Below are positions 1-58,912 of a DNA stretch of 64,000 bases, piece by piece. Below the pieces are notes generated by a model. That model was not told where the DNA came from and ran no database searches. It worked only from the letters and a program-made list of their open reading frames with translations. The stretch lies in assembly GCA_951406725.2 (NCBI GenBank), contig OX597819.1:103912001-103976000 (forward strand), in the 5' to 3' direction. Within the stretch, counting starts at the first letter, position 1. Every line of letters begins with the position of its first letter. A program made the translations under genes and the position numbers. The DNA is from Octopus vulgaris. Lineage: Eukaryota.

Positions 1-139
1 CTTAATTAACTCCTACTTACGTTAAAATTAAAATTATCAATGTCCACGTAAGAAACTGTACGATATGCAGATACATGTAATACTAAAGGGTTGTACCTGA
101 TTGATTTCGAAATTCGTTTTTCCCAAATTATTTTAAGTA

Positions 140-188
<49 letters not shown>

Positions 189-564
189 CATACATACATA
201 TATACATACTTTCATTTCTACTTTTATTTTTATTATTATTGCTGCATCTAATGCTTATATTTTTATTTATTTATATAAATAAATACATGCTATAGTCAGT
301 CAATGGACTAGTATATAAACAATTTCTGCTTCTGACTACTAATTATTTTATCATTCTCGGACGTATGGAAGCATAGTTAAGCTAAGTAGTTATTTGATCC
401 CAGAATGTACATAACGTTTACAGATATTTTAAACTTGTAAATATTTCATCAATCAAAAATGGTCTTAAGTTCAATGTATTAATAAGCAAAATGTTGCTAG
501 ATATATTAATCATTTCCTCTGTAAGTTTTGAAATAGTGTATTCTGATTTATTTTCATCATCCAG

Positions 565-45741
<45,177 letters not shown>

Positions 45742-45780
45742 TGAAGCTGTGACTATGGCTCTTTCTTGAAATTTATATGA

Positions 45781-45821
45781 AATAAAATTGGATTTTGAAA
45801 GATTTCCCTTGTGTGTCTGTT
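45781..45821 (+). terminator. Candidate polyadenylation signal of gene 1 (AATAAA plus downstream GT-rich element)
   Basis: aataaa 45781-45786, ttgtgtgtctgtt ~45809-45821, second aataaa 45840-45845. Confidence 0.45.
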
Positions 45822-47149
45822 ATTTCGCATTTTTATTCAAATAAAGATAGTTACTAAAAATTGCATTGTTATCTGATGTTGCGGGATTTCAATGCAGGTC
45901 AAGACCAACGTTTCTGAATTGAAGGGTTTCAGATATACATAATGTGGGGACTAAATTATGTTGGGTCTGGTCCTCAGGGCAGATTTGTGTTATCTATGTC
46001 TAGTGTTAATTCCAGTGTCACATTGCTCTGTATCAATCACAGTTGCTATACTTCAAAAGTACAGTAACACCTATTTTAGACAAAGGTCGAGCAATGTGGT
46101 GGATGTTTTCTATTATTTCCATTAACAGTAGGGAAGCGTCACTTGTACAGCTATAACTAACTTTTACGGCGTTTAACGAAAAGCTTTATTTTATTAAGGA
46201 GTAGTGAGATGCTTATGAGCTGTAGAAAATACTCATATATTACGTTTATTAAAATAGGACTGGTAATACATACCAATCAATATATTATATCTATACATCA
46301 TCAAACATTTTCGGAGCACCTAGTAAACTAATTGCAAGACCATACTGTGATATTCTGGATCTTATGGCCACTTAAATATAGAAAGCAAACGATTGTATTC
46401 TGTAGCACTACGGCGCTTGGAACAAGTGAACCACTGGAACAAGTATATGCTAGGAACAAGTGAACCATTGAAAACATCACAATATCTCTCTGAAGATATA
46501 CACAAATGAATTAAGATTAGAAAATATTCTATTTCTGTAAAAGTGGTTAAATAGTGACTTATACGACACTGATGAAATCATAGTCTCCTAACTTGATCAT
46601 TAATTGAGAAACGTACGGTTATAGTAAATATAATGAATGTAGTACTGAAGAAACGACAAAACCTTATTGTCATAGCGAGTGGAAATCCATTTTAAATGCA
46701 AAGACTATTGAACTGGATAATAAACAGTATAAAATCTATAACACCTAAATAGAATAAAATCACATCATGAATATACACCTGGCCTGCGAAAAATCATTTC
46801 CAGAAAAATTGAAGAGATATTGTGAACATTCACACTCATGTAAAAATCAATTTCATTTCAGTAAAAACCTTAATCGAAGAGAGTGGAAGGTTTCTCTATC
46901 CACAATATTCGTCATTGTGTTGGATGCTTAGCCTTTTATTATTCAGGCCATGAAGTTACTGAAGGACATTGTATACACATAACTGTGGATATATTACTGA
47001 GTTTTTTGTACAAATCTGTATAGTCCAATACACTGAATGATCACTCAGGACATTTAAGTAAATTATCAGACATTTTTGTAAAGACTGATAGTTATTCCGA
47101 AGTTTTTCCTTCGCAGAGGTGTCGAAAGTAGGCGAGAAAGAAAGATGAA

Positions 47150-47755
47150 ACAAGATGACAGAAGAACTTAAATATGCACTAAAAATAGGCCAGATCCTAG
47201 GAGAAAAAGATTTGTTGGTCGTTTATGAAGATCTAAAGAAAGTGATGTACAATGCTAAGAAATGTTAGGCGTGTTGAAAGATTAAAGACGATTAAACGGA
47301 TGAGCGAGCAGATAGTTACTAAGGAGCACCAGGCTAAATAGCACTGAAGAGGTACTGAATAGACTATAAAAGAGATCTATAAAGTTAGAGCAACCGTTCC
47401 CACTCATGGTCTATTTAAAACAACCAACTAAATTATGAGTGAAATTTCAATTTAGAGATCTCAACAAGAAAGAAGTATATAAATTCATGAAGAACGCAAG
47501 CGTGAAGAGAGCATCTCGGGGTGATGATGTACCATACAAAATGAACGAATACCTTCAACTTGAAGAGTCTTGCTGGAAATGTATACTGATGCACTATTGA
47601 AGGGAAATTGATTGACCGGTTCAGACCAATTTCAATTCTCAACGTAGACAGGGAGATTTATATGGGGTTACTCGCTAAGAGAACAGCTATTTATTTACAA
47701 AATAATGGCAATGTTGCTAAAGGTGTCTTGAAGGCTGGAATCCCCGTAACTTCTG
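47150..47755 (+). mobile_element. Decayed Hero-like non-LTR RT fragment
   Basis: IDRFRPISILNVDREIYMGLLAKR...KAGIP in ORF 47608. Confidence 0.65.
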
Positions 47756-48366
47756 AGTGTGTGCATGCGTGTGACTGTGTATGTGCATGTGCATGTGTGT
47801 GTGTATTTTCATATAAGCATACATACATACATACATACATACATACATACATACATACATACATACATACATACATACATAAATACATACATACTAGAGT
47901 TCACTGGGTTTTCAAGTTTTATCTCCGGCTTATTCTACAAAATTTCGCTTTATAGAATCTCCTCTTTCCTTGGCAATGTCCTTATACAATCCACTGATTG
48001 ACTATTTTGCTATTCCTGTTTAATGATCAATACAAAAATGTAAAACCCGAGATTTCTTATATAGAAATCTCTACACTTATACCAGCCAATGACTTTTCCG
48101 CATGTCAATTCTCTAAGGAGAAATCTGTAGTCAGCACGAACACAATTAGTGATGTTTTTTTTTATTCTACTTAATGTATATAAACGCATCATTATTAAGT
48201 AGGGAATTTTTAGTGTGTTATCAATAATTTTTCTTGAGTTAAAACATTAAGTTACACACATACAGAAATTTACACAAAATATAGCTAGGAGAAATTATCT
48301 CGGAGAGATTTCTCTTGGCTCAGATTACCCTCACAATTAGATGTCCCTCAACGATGTCTATAATTT

Positions 48367-48420
48367 AAATCAGAACTTTAACATAACTAGGCTAGCCTAG
48401 TTATGTTAAAGTTCTGATTT
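48367..48420. repeat. Perfect 54-bp palindrome
   Basis: aaatcagaactttaacataactaggct|agcctagttatgttaaagttctgattt. Confidence 0.95.
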
Positions 48421-49265
48421 CACCAAGAGAAATCCTAGGCGATAGTGTGGCTTTCTAGAATTTGAGACGACTGTGAGGGCTCTAGCAGAGAGTGTGCTGA
48501 TTGTGTTTTATGTAATAGGAGTCTAATATGAATGATATTGCATGGAATACTTGAGCGATATTTTTACAATATGACAGTTTACTATTATTAAATTAATCAG
48601 CTAATAAACGTAAATAAGATATATGCAACGTTTATTTAATATCCCTTCGTAATGCTGTTCTCTGTATTATAATGTTGTTCTACTGTATTAACACAGTGAT
48701 ATGGCTATATTACTACTAATGCAATGGCATGAAAAGATATTCATATACTATGAATATAAAATACAGTTACCTTACTCATATGATAACATGAGATTTTCTT
48801 GTTACCTCCCCAAGGAAGGAGGTTATGTTTTCATCGGCGTTGGTTTGTCCGTCTGTCCGTCTGTGTGCAAAATAACTCAAAAAGTTGTGAATGGTATTTG
48901 GTGAAACTTGCAGGAAAAGGTGGTAATGACACAAGGAAGAGATGAAATTACCAAACATAAATACGAGGGCGGGATGAAAAGATTATAGCCTGACTATACA
49001 GGAGTGACGGCAGAGCTGTGAAATCTTGTATGCATTAATTTCAAATTCTCTTATTAATAACTATATTGCTTCTTTCTAGGTAAACTAACATCTAACTTTA
49101 GAAATATTAAATTTCTAAATATCTCAGAGATATGAGCGGTGGTGGAGCGATAGAGTGGTTGTATACTGTCAACTTAACGTGACAGTCCCGTAAAGGGAAA
49201 CTCACTACCACTATTTAGAATTAGGACTACATCATCATCATCATCATCGTCGTTTAACGTCCGTT

Positions 49266-49455
49266 TTGACACATTTCCTGTCCTTATATTTGCGGAGGGG
49301 AGACAAGCACTCCCACCAGCAACTAGCAGGACTTGCTACCCTAGACTGATGACGAGCAAGACTCATAAACATGCATGTCTCTAGGTGCAGGCCTTAGATG
49401 ATGGGGGTGCTTGTCTCCCCTTCGCAAATATAAGGACACAAGAAATGTGTCAAAG
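49266..49455. repeat. Inverted repeat enclosing a degenerate hammerhead motif (49340-49385)
   Basis: tttgacacatttc...gagacaagcac / gtgcttgtctc...gaaatgtgtcaaa; inner cctaga-CTGATGA-gag/ctc-taaac-atgcat-GTC-tctagg. Confidence 0.75.
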
Positions 49456-49633
49456 CGAGCAAATAGTTTTAAAATCACAGCGAATACCATACAAAAAACA
49501 CTCATCATAAAAATATCAATCTAAAATCAATTAAAGTATAACTTGAACAATAAAAATTAATACAATAATATAATGTATAAAAGTAGGTACTTGTACATCG
49601 ACTACGCGCGTTTCATAGCTGAATTAGGACTAT

Positions 49634-51432
49634 CATCATCATCATCATCATCATCATCATCGCCGTTTAACGTCCGTTTTCCGCGCTAGCACGGGTTGAA
49701 TGGTTCGACCGAGGTCTGGGAAGCCAGGGGCTGCACCAGGCTCCAGTCTGATCTGGCAGTGTTTCTACAGCGGGATGCCCTTCCTAACGCCAACCACTCC
49801 GCGAGTGTAGTGGGTGCTTTCTACGTGCCACCGGCACAGGTGCCAGGGGAGTCTGGCATCGGCCACGATCGGTTGGTGCTTTTAACGTGCCACCGGCACG
49901 GAAGCCAGCCAAGGCGACGCTGGCATCGGCCACGTTCGGATGGTGTTTTTTATGTGCCACCGGCACAGAAGCCAGTTGAGGCGGCGCTAGCATCGGCCAC
50001 GTTCGGATGGTGCTTTTTATGTGACACCGGCACAGGTATCTCAACAACTATTTCCATTGATATTTATTTCGATGTTCATGTACTTGACTCAACAGGTCTC
50101 CTCAAGCACAGCAGGATGTTCTGGAATCCAAGTTACTTTGAATGGGCAGGGGCTATGCGGAGCTGGTGCAGGAAGCAGCCCGGGTCTTTGCAGTCACAGC
50201 ATATCTCCAGAGATCTCGGTCCTTCGCCATTGCCTCAGTGAGGCCCAACGTTCTGAGGTCATGCTTGTCTACCTCATCCCATGTCTTCCTGGGTCTACCT
50301 CTCCTCCTGATACCTTCAACTGTTTGGGAGCGGCACTTCTTCACACAGCCCTCCTCATCCATCCGCAGTACATGACCATACCATCGCAGGCGTCGCTCTT
50401 GCACACCACATCTAATGCTTCTTATGTCCAGCATTTCTCTCAGGGTGCTTACCCTCTGTCGTGCGCGCACACTGACATTACACATCCAGCGGATCATGCT
50501 AGCTTCATTTCTTTCAAGTCTACGCATGTCCTTTGCAGTCACGGCCCATGTTTCACTACCGTGAAGCATGGCTGTTCGCACACGTGCATCATACAATCTA
50601 CCTTTCACTCTGAGTGAGAGACCCTTTGTCGCCAGTAGGGGTAGGAGCTTTCTAAACATTGCCAAGGATATTCGTATTCTAATGGTGACAGTCTCTGAGC
50701 ATCCACCTCCACTACTAACTTGGTCACCCAGGTAGCGGAAACTATTAACTACTTCTAGTTTCTCCCCCTTGAGTGTGATGGAATCTGTTTTCTGAGTATC
50801 TGTGGTGTCTATTGTCCCTGTGCATCTGCCGCACATGAAAGCTATCTTATCAGTTAATTTCCCTTTGATGTTGCTGCACCTCTTATGCGTCCATAGCTTA
50901 CACTGGGTGCATCTTATGGAGTTTCTACCTACACCTTTCCTACAGATCGAGCAGGGCCAGCTGCCCGAGGGTGTGTGTGCTGAGTTCGCCTTTCTGCTTA
51001 CTATAACTTTGGTCTTAGCTACATTTACTCTAAGGCCCTTTGATTCTAACCCTTGCGGAGATAATCGTAGCTGTGCCACTCTGTAGGACTAACCTGAGCT
51101 TCAGCACTCTATCGCAAACCCGTCACTCTGTCGCAAACCCGTCACTCTATCGCAAACCTTATCCACCCATTTCTCCGCAAGGAGAATGCCTACACCCCCT
51201 ACTCTATCCATGTTACCTTGCCAGAAGACTTTATATCTATGTGCCTTGCCTGTGAAGACCCTAGCTGAAGCACCTCTCCATCTTACATCTTGTATGCAGC
51301 ATACATCAACCCATCTTCTCTCAAGCATCACTACAATCTCACTAGACCTACCTTTCAGTGTACCAACATTGACAGTGCCAACTCTGAAAACAGGGAAGGA
51401 GATGTGGGGAGGAGGGGTGCAATTCGGCGCCT
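49634..51432 (-). mobile_element. RTE-clade LINE, internally deleted (endonuclease start fused to C-terminal region)
   Basis: VGTVNVGTLKGR, VDVCCIQDVRWRG, GVGILL; GLRVNVAKTKV, CxxC/HxxC finger, FRYLG, LHGSETW, LRWYGHV, RGRPRKTW; (GAT)n 3' tail. Confidence 0.92.
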
Positions 51433-52270
51433 GAAAAGAAGAGGGTTGTTGTGGTGATGATCGTTTTTACGCATTTTTCATCTGCTCTCTCTTCCGACCT
51501 GACAACATTCAAGCATTAGGCATGTTAAGGTTGTGGCCCCTGCCGTAGGCAGGAGCTGGTGTAAGCAGCGTTGTAAGCATAAGCATTAAGGTCATTGATG
51601 ATGTAGATGTAAGCTCTGTGGTATAAATATTGAAATTATAGGTGTTAGTAGCATTATGGTCATTGAGTAACGTAGTTTAAGCAGTGTAGCAGAAACATGG
51701 ATATTCTAGAGTTGGGTTGGGGGTGGGGGGTTCCAGCTGAAAAATTGGTTGCATTGCGGTGGGGAAGGGTTCCAGCAGAGAGAAGAGAGAGAGGGAGAGA
51801 AAGTGGGGAGGAAATGGGGGGAGAGAGTGCAGGTAATATAGGGGAGCACCAGTGGGGAGGGGTGTTAGGAGAAACGATGACAGGTAGGGGTGGTGGCAGG
51901 TTCTAGACAGAATGAAACGTAAGATATCACGAGTGAGGGAGGGGACTGGAAGGAGGGAAAGATAAGCAGGGGTAATACATAGTGAAATAGCATATTGAGG
52001 AGGAGGGGTTCGAAGAATAGACACACATAATGGTGGTGGGAGAAGGGATATCCGGTGTAGATGGCGCAAACAAAGTGTTATCCGGTATTGGTGGTGGGGT
52101 GGGAAAGGGAGGGCGCACCGCGAATGGCGAAGTTTTGATTTGGGACAGGGCGGCAGAGATATGGAAAGAGAAGAATTAAGCAAACGGGGTTTGAAGAAAT
52201 AATATCATAGACAACGAACAAATTATTGTAAAGAACAGAGTAACATAGAGAAAGAAACAAAGTATCATAG

Positions 52271-52329
<59 letters not shown>

Positions 52330-52623
52330 AATTATCATCACACAGGGACGAATTATTACGAGATAGGACTAAAGATGAAAAGGCTATATTTGGGAGACAG
52401 TATCAACAGTTAGCTCATGAGAAGAAACAAGCAGATTAGTGAATAGATAATACATTTTAAGTGTTAGTGGCGAATGTAGTACGAGTGGTGAAGAAATGAA
52501 TGAGTAATTCTTAGCTTAGCTATAAGAAAACTATATCCAATTTATTAGAACGGAAAAAATATTTTACTCCCAAAAGCAGTCACTCCTCAGGTCACATTCT
52601 TAGAAAGAACTAAAGACTAAAAG

Positions 52624-52764
52624 TTTAAACACATAAGAGGTAGCTATCATAGGATACCTGGCAGGCTAGAAGGAATAGCCAAAATCCAAACCAGTGGTTT
52701 GGTTTTCGGCTATTTCTTCTAGTGTGCCAGCTATTCTATGATGGTTACTCCTTATCTGTTTAAA
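52624..52764. repeat. Imperfect ~140-bp hairpin (MITE-like)
   Basis: tttaaacacataag...ccaaacc agt ggtttgg...cttatctgtttaaa. Confidence 0.7.
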
Positions 52765-52909
52765 TGTACACTGTATTTATATGAATAATATATAGTCTAT
52801 TGACTAATTTTTCTACACGCTAGGCCACTGGTAGTAAAAATTTCAAAAATTTTTTTTACTCTGATATTATTAATTATTTATATATATATACATACACACA
52901 CACACACAG

Positions 52910-52947
<38 letters not shown>

Positions 52948-53265
52948 ATATATATATATACATATATATATATGTATATATATATATATATGCAAGTATG
53001 TATATCCTGGAAAATGTCTGAGGTATATTTGAAAAAGAAAAAGAATGACTTGACTGGTGAGTTTTAATCAGTTTAATGTAGCACTTCTTGATTTTCTTAA
53101 AATATAAATTTTAACTTCAGTTCGTATTCTAGTAAGATTTTTGTTAACTTGGCTCAGGAGATTCATATATATATGTATGCATGCACGTGTGTTCAGGAAT
53201 GCGCCGCCGGCGTGAACGCAAGTGATTGTGTGATTAGTACATGAGATGTTACATAGTTTAATACC

Positions 53266-53273
53266 TATAAATA
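53266..53273 (+). promoter_or_regulatory. Candidate TATA box of gene 2
   Basis: TATAAATA ~330 nt upstream of the ATG; possible non-coding first exon ~53296-53353 (cat|gtaaaa) spliced to acceptor tttacag| at 53539; weak in AT-rich DNA. Confidence 0.35.
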
Positions 53274-53592
53274 TCTGTCTGTACACACATATTTTGTCAT
53301 CAAAGACAATTAATATAATGCTCGTGTACATTTTCGTGACACTCACAAGACATGTAAAAACTTAAATCAATTTTGTGGGTTTTATAGTTGTCAAAACATT
53401 ATAGTTGTCAAAATATCATCTAAATCATAGATAACGCTACAATAAATTACCGTAATATATGTTTATAGCAACTTTAGTAGGTGCTAATGAGGTAAACATC
53501 TGTTACAGCACTTATTATTATATAAACCTATGTTTACAGCAGGTGTGAGGGCATAATATCACCACATTTCAAGTACAAGAAGATTATCAATA

Positions 53593-53629
53593 ATGAAGGC
53601 CTGTATATGTATATGTCTTCTGATAGCGG
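53593..53629 (+). CDS. Gene 2 signal-peptide exon: MKACICICLLIA(G)
   Basis: aataATG context, hydrophobic core, consensus donor g|gtaagt in phase 1. Confidence 0.8.
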
Positions 53630-56600
53630 GTAAGTAACGGAATTATAAAATATCATTAAGATTCATAAATAATCCCATTTCTGATTTTATACATACGTAC
53701 ACGCACACACACTCACACAAACACACATACGCACTCACCTACACAAACCTGCAGACACATAGATTTAAACATTTAACTTAGTTTATATATTTGTCCCACA
53801 CATTCTTTCTCCACGTATGTATGTATGTATGTATGTATGTATGTATGTATGTATGTATGTATATATGTGTGTGTGTGTGTGTGTGTATGTCATTATTCAG
53901 TTTAATTTCAAGATTTCTTGCCAATAGAGAATCTAGATCCAAGGCTGCTTCATTGAAATTTCAACAGATTATGTATGTATGTTTGTGTGTATATGTCGTA
54001 TTCTCCGTCTCCAATGTCGTGGTGCCGCCACGATTTGTGACTGGTGGTTTAGATACACTGTACCAGTGTAGCCACAGTAAACATGATAATGATGCAGCCA
54101 TAATAACAACGCAACGATCCGACAATCAATATCTCAAACATAAACCGACCGACACCTTCTGACTTCTCTGCGAACTCCACTCGAACTAACACACAAGCTT
54201 TACTCCGAGTGTGACTATTTGTAATCGTTTGGTCCAGTCTATTTCTCCCAAAGGGGCGTCGTGGGGCTCATCAAAACATCTCCCTTTTCGAGACTTCAAC
54301 TTCCGTAACAATTGAAATTTATATTATTTAAAATTTTTTCCTGCAACTCTTCCTCTATTTTCTTTTCTTTTTTCTTTAGCAAATTTAATATCATTTTCGT
54401 TTTGGCATTATTTCGAAACGTACAATCTGTTTCCTCTTTCTACTGCGCCTCCTATGAGGCTCAATCTCTTCGTTGCTGGCACCTCAAAAATGTCATACCA
54501 GACTTTCATTGGTATTTCCTTTCGTTTTTCAACATGTCTCTTCTTTAATTGGTTTAGATGTCTTTTATGTTCCCATCATTGTCCTTTAATTATACACATC
54601 ATGTTTCCTAATCTTTTAGTTACAAAACCTCCCAGCCTTCTTTACCGTTTTTGTAAATTTTAAAATGAACTTTATTGCCTACTTCGAAATGTTTTGTTGC
54701 CTTTTCTGTATTTTTTCAAAAATATATTTTGTCCTGGTAATAATTTATCGAAGATCGATTTTATTTTTCGCACGAGCATTAACTCTGCAAGAGACTTTCT
54801 TGAACTGGTATTCGGCGAGCAGGCAGAAACGTTAGCACGCCGGGCGAAATACGTAGCCGTATTTCGTCTGTCGTTACGTTCTGAGTTCAAATTCCGCCGA
54901 GGTCGACTTTGCCTTTCATCCTTTCGGGGTCGATAAATTAAGTACCAGTTACGCACTGGGGTCGATGTAATCGACTTAATACCTATGTCTGTCCTTGTTT
55001 GTCCCCTCTGTATTTAGCCCCTTGTGGTTAATAAAGAAATAGGTATTCTGATTGGGTGTTAACTCTATATACTCTCAAGAATTTTGTTAGCGCTTCATCA
55101 TTTCCTGTCATTCATTCCTTGCTTTTTTAACACCCGTTTGAACGTATCAACGAATCTTTCTACCTGTCCGTTTGACCTCGGGTGGTATGCCGGGGTAAAA
55201 ATATGCTTTACCGCATGCATTTTACAGAAATTGTTGAATTCAGTACCCGAAAATTGTATCCATTATGATACCAATGTGTCTGGAACACTGCATCGGGCAA
55301 AGAACTTTATTGTTGTCTTTGTGTTTGGTTTATTGCACCTGCACACCCTGGCGATTTATATCACTATCAACAAGATTAGATAGTATGCGTCGTTCACTGG
55401 TCCAGCGTAATCGATATGAGCCCTAGACCACGGACTAACCGGCTCAGGCCACCATTGGTATTTCACCGATGGTGCTTTAGATGCTAGTGCACGATATCTA
55501 TAAGATTTTACACAATTTTCAATGTCCTGGTCCATTGTCAGCCAATATACATCGCTCCTCATTAAAACTTTCATTCGAGACATTTCCGGGTTTCCACTGT
55601 GGAATTCCTGCAAGACTCATTTCTGTAGTGCAGTTGGTACTACCACTCTTTGTGCGTACATTAGAACATCGTCGCACAATGAAAAATTATTCGAATTGGC
55701 ATTTTTATTTTGCTTATTTTTTAACACTTCTTTCATTCTTGTAAAGTAACTATCCTCTGCGGATTTCATTTTTATATCATGAGCTGTCACAGGCATTTCA
55801 TTTAATTTTTTACAGTATTAGCTTATGGGAAGATCCCATAAATCAAATTACTCCAACCAGTCGGTACCAAACAGATTAGTAGCATTCTTTACAAAGAAAA
55901 TATGCACGTTTTTCCTCGAAATCTGGCATCATTCCAACATTTCGCGTACAAAGTGTAGTTTGTCACCAGTCCCATCACGGGCAGCTTTTCCTGTTTTTCT
56001 TAACACAGGTTTCCGAATTTTCTTCCACGTCTCGGTGCTAATGATTGAAATGTCACTACTAGTATCCAGTTGTAATTTGATATTTACTCCGTGTACAATT
56101 TTCATTATTTCTGAGAGCACTTTGGAATGTTTTACATTTGACTATTGTACTTTTGAATAAAGTTACCATCCTCTTTTTAGTTAAATTCCAGCACTCCATT
56201 CGACTGTTAAATACAGAAGTTTCATTAGCGAACATGTTAGACAGTAATTTGATTGTTTCCTAAAAACAAATTTCACTAGACTTTTGGGCAATATGAAAAT
56301 ACAGTATCGTTCATGCTCAGACAGAACTAATTTACGTAATAATAACGTTACTTTCCCTTCGACCGACCTTGTCTTGCAAACTTCCTTAAAAATCACCTTA
56401 TACCTGCTGTAGTATGGTGTTAAAGTTATACCCTCCTCTGGTTTATAACTGAATTCTGTTATGGAGTTCCATACGCCGTCTGCGAAAACAAACCTACCGC
56501 ATTTTTGGACTTCTTTGCGTATAGCTCCAATAATTGTTGCTGTAATACTTGCTTTTGCAACTCTGTTGCTATTCTTGTTGCTGTTTTTGCAACTGCATAG

Positions 56601-58879
56601 AAGCTAATAGCTCTTTCATCATTTAACAAGTTGTATCACGAACAAATTGTTAAATAACTTACGTGAGCTCCGAAACCCTCGTTGCCAGATTTCCTCCATC
56701 TCCAGTGTAACGATCCATCAATCTCTTCACGAACCAACAATCAATATTCCAAACGAACTAACCGAACTAACGCACAAACTTCACTCTGACCGCTACTATT
56801 TATAATCGCTCGGTCCAGTCTATATCTTGAAAGCAGAAGTCATGACATTTATGACAACAGTATGTATGTACGTTTATGCGCAGATTTGTGCTTTGTCTTA
56901 TGTATGTATTCTCATGCACATACTTGTATATCTAGACATCCTCATATATACTTAAATGATAAACTTCTGGAATGTTTTACAGATTTTTACAGTTCCAGTG
57001 ATGGATTGGATCTGTAGTCTTCGAATCCGCTTTCTGTTTTCTTGTTTTCAGAAGCCTAAATTCTCAAGATTGGTATTTAGACAGTGTTTTTCATATCCCA
57101 GTACCACAAACATTACAGGCATAAATCTGAATTTGTAATCTGGATAGAGAAACTGCAAATTTCTCAGTAGTATTTTCTTTTTCGTTGATTTTTAGCTTTA
57201 TGTTAACATCCGCTTGGCAGCTCATTTTCACAACTGTACACAATCTGTTCTCTGTCCCAAATCCTTATGTCAGGTCTATCGAGGTTTTCTATTGAAGTTT
57301 TTGTCTGGGACATTCCACCAGTACACCTTTTTTTTATTATGAGTGACTATGGCTACTACCATACTGTAGATTCTTATTTCTTTGTTCTCGAGTTTATCGT
57401 TCCGGCGGATTTCCTTATAGAGTGTCCTGGGTACAAAATCATGTCTCATCAGCAGATAACACCGTGATGACATTTTCGGACAGCTCCTTAGGACAGGGGT
57501 GATATCTTTGGTGTTAACTCCGCAAAGTCTGCATTGGGTATCATATTTTGCTGCTTTTCTTGCGTCTCGGTCCCTTTTGCGCATCAAGTGTTTGATTGAT
57601 ATTTCCTGTTCCTGGCTTGCAAATGCATACCCATCAAAGTGGTAGTTAGTAACCTGGTTGTTGGTTCATGATAGACTGCTTTTATGATCAGTACTACAAT
57701 CGTCTCGGAGCTTTCTACTAACATATCCATGCATGGTATTCTGCTGATATAAGCTCATCTTTTCATCTGATGATACACTGTGGTAGTTGTACGATATTTT
57801 GGATATGTATGTAAGATTTTAAGACAAGGAACTCTGCACAAGAAGCTGCTTTGCAAGTCTTATGATGTTATCAGCCACATGTATGCAAACTTCGTTAAGT
57901 GATGCACGTCGATACTTGGTTAATAGATGTTGCAAAAAGGGATGTGATACGACATTTAAAGGCAGTTTGGATCGATGTTAAGCATCTGCTGTTTTGTGTT
58001 TTTTTTTTCGTTTTAGTTAGAGGCGGTCAGCTCACTGTTGATGTGGAAATTACGTGTGCTGGTTAGTATTGTCAAGGTTTTCACATCAATGGTTCGGATC
58101 TCATCAAGCATCCAATCAAGCAACCAACAATGTTGGCACTGCAAATATTGTGGGCCAATGTTTTATTGAATACAAAGTGTTTCGAGGTCCAAAGTTTCTT
58201 TATTCGACAGCAATATTCCTTAGTGACACATGTTTTGTTACAAGTTCCATTGTAAGATGTTTTCATCCACTCCTAGATACCTGTAACATTCCTCATTAGA
58301 TATGGGGAAACGGTCAAGTCATTGATGGAGATGCTGCTGGTCTGTTTAGTTCTTCCTCTTTTCACAACCACATAGAAACATTTATGCTGATATATGTATG
58401 TATATATATATGCATGCATTCCCGAGTGGCGCAGGACATGCTGTGCAAAGTCCTGCACGAGTTTAGAATTAATGAGCAGCATGTGGTTGCTGTAATGACT
58501 CCATACGAATGCCCGGATGTTTATGTTCGGCTAAATGAAGCTAAGGTGAAAGCTTCTAGTGTTAGCGGTGGATTTCGGCTATGGTGCGTATTGTCACCTC
58601 CCTTGTTCATATTTTTTATGGTAACAAAATTTTTATAGTCTGTATCTTTCTCTGTCTCTCTTATTGAAATAGTTTGACATAATTATAGATTGACTATATT
58701 GGGAAGCACTATATTTCAGTGGCAATAGAAATTGTCACCTGTTACTTGTTATAAATAAATGTTTATAAAGAGATCTATTGTGGCCACTGCTGCGTGATTC
58801 AACAATTCAGTACGAATGTTGACAATTCCTGCTAACTTTCCATCCTTCAGTAGATTAAATAATTGTATTCACTGAAAGA

Positions 58880-58912
<33 letters not shown>

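Noticed and set aside
49820-50040. Regularly spaced gtgccaccggcac repeats resembling a CRISPR array
   Set aside because: Spacers are similar to each other, the context is eukaryotic and there are no cas genes; it is a tandem repeat in the RTE 3' UTR.
58581-58620. Alternative leader exon MVRIVTSLVHIFY(G)|gtaaca in phase with 59758
   Set aside because: Alternate frame of an RTE RT fragment with a weaker donor; the 53593 exon is a much better leader.
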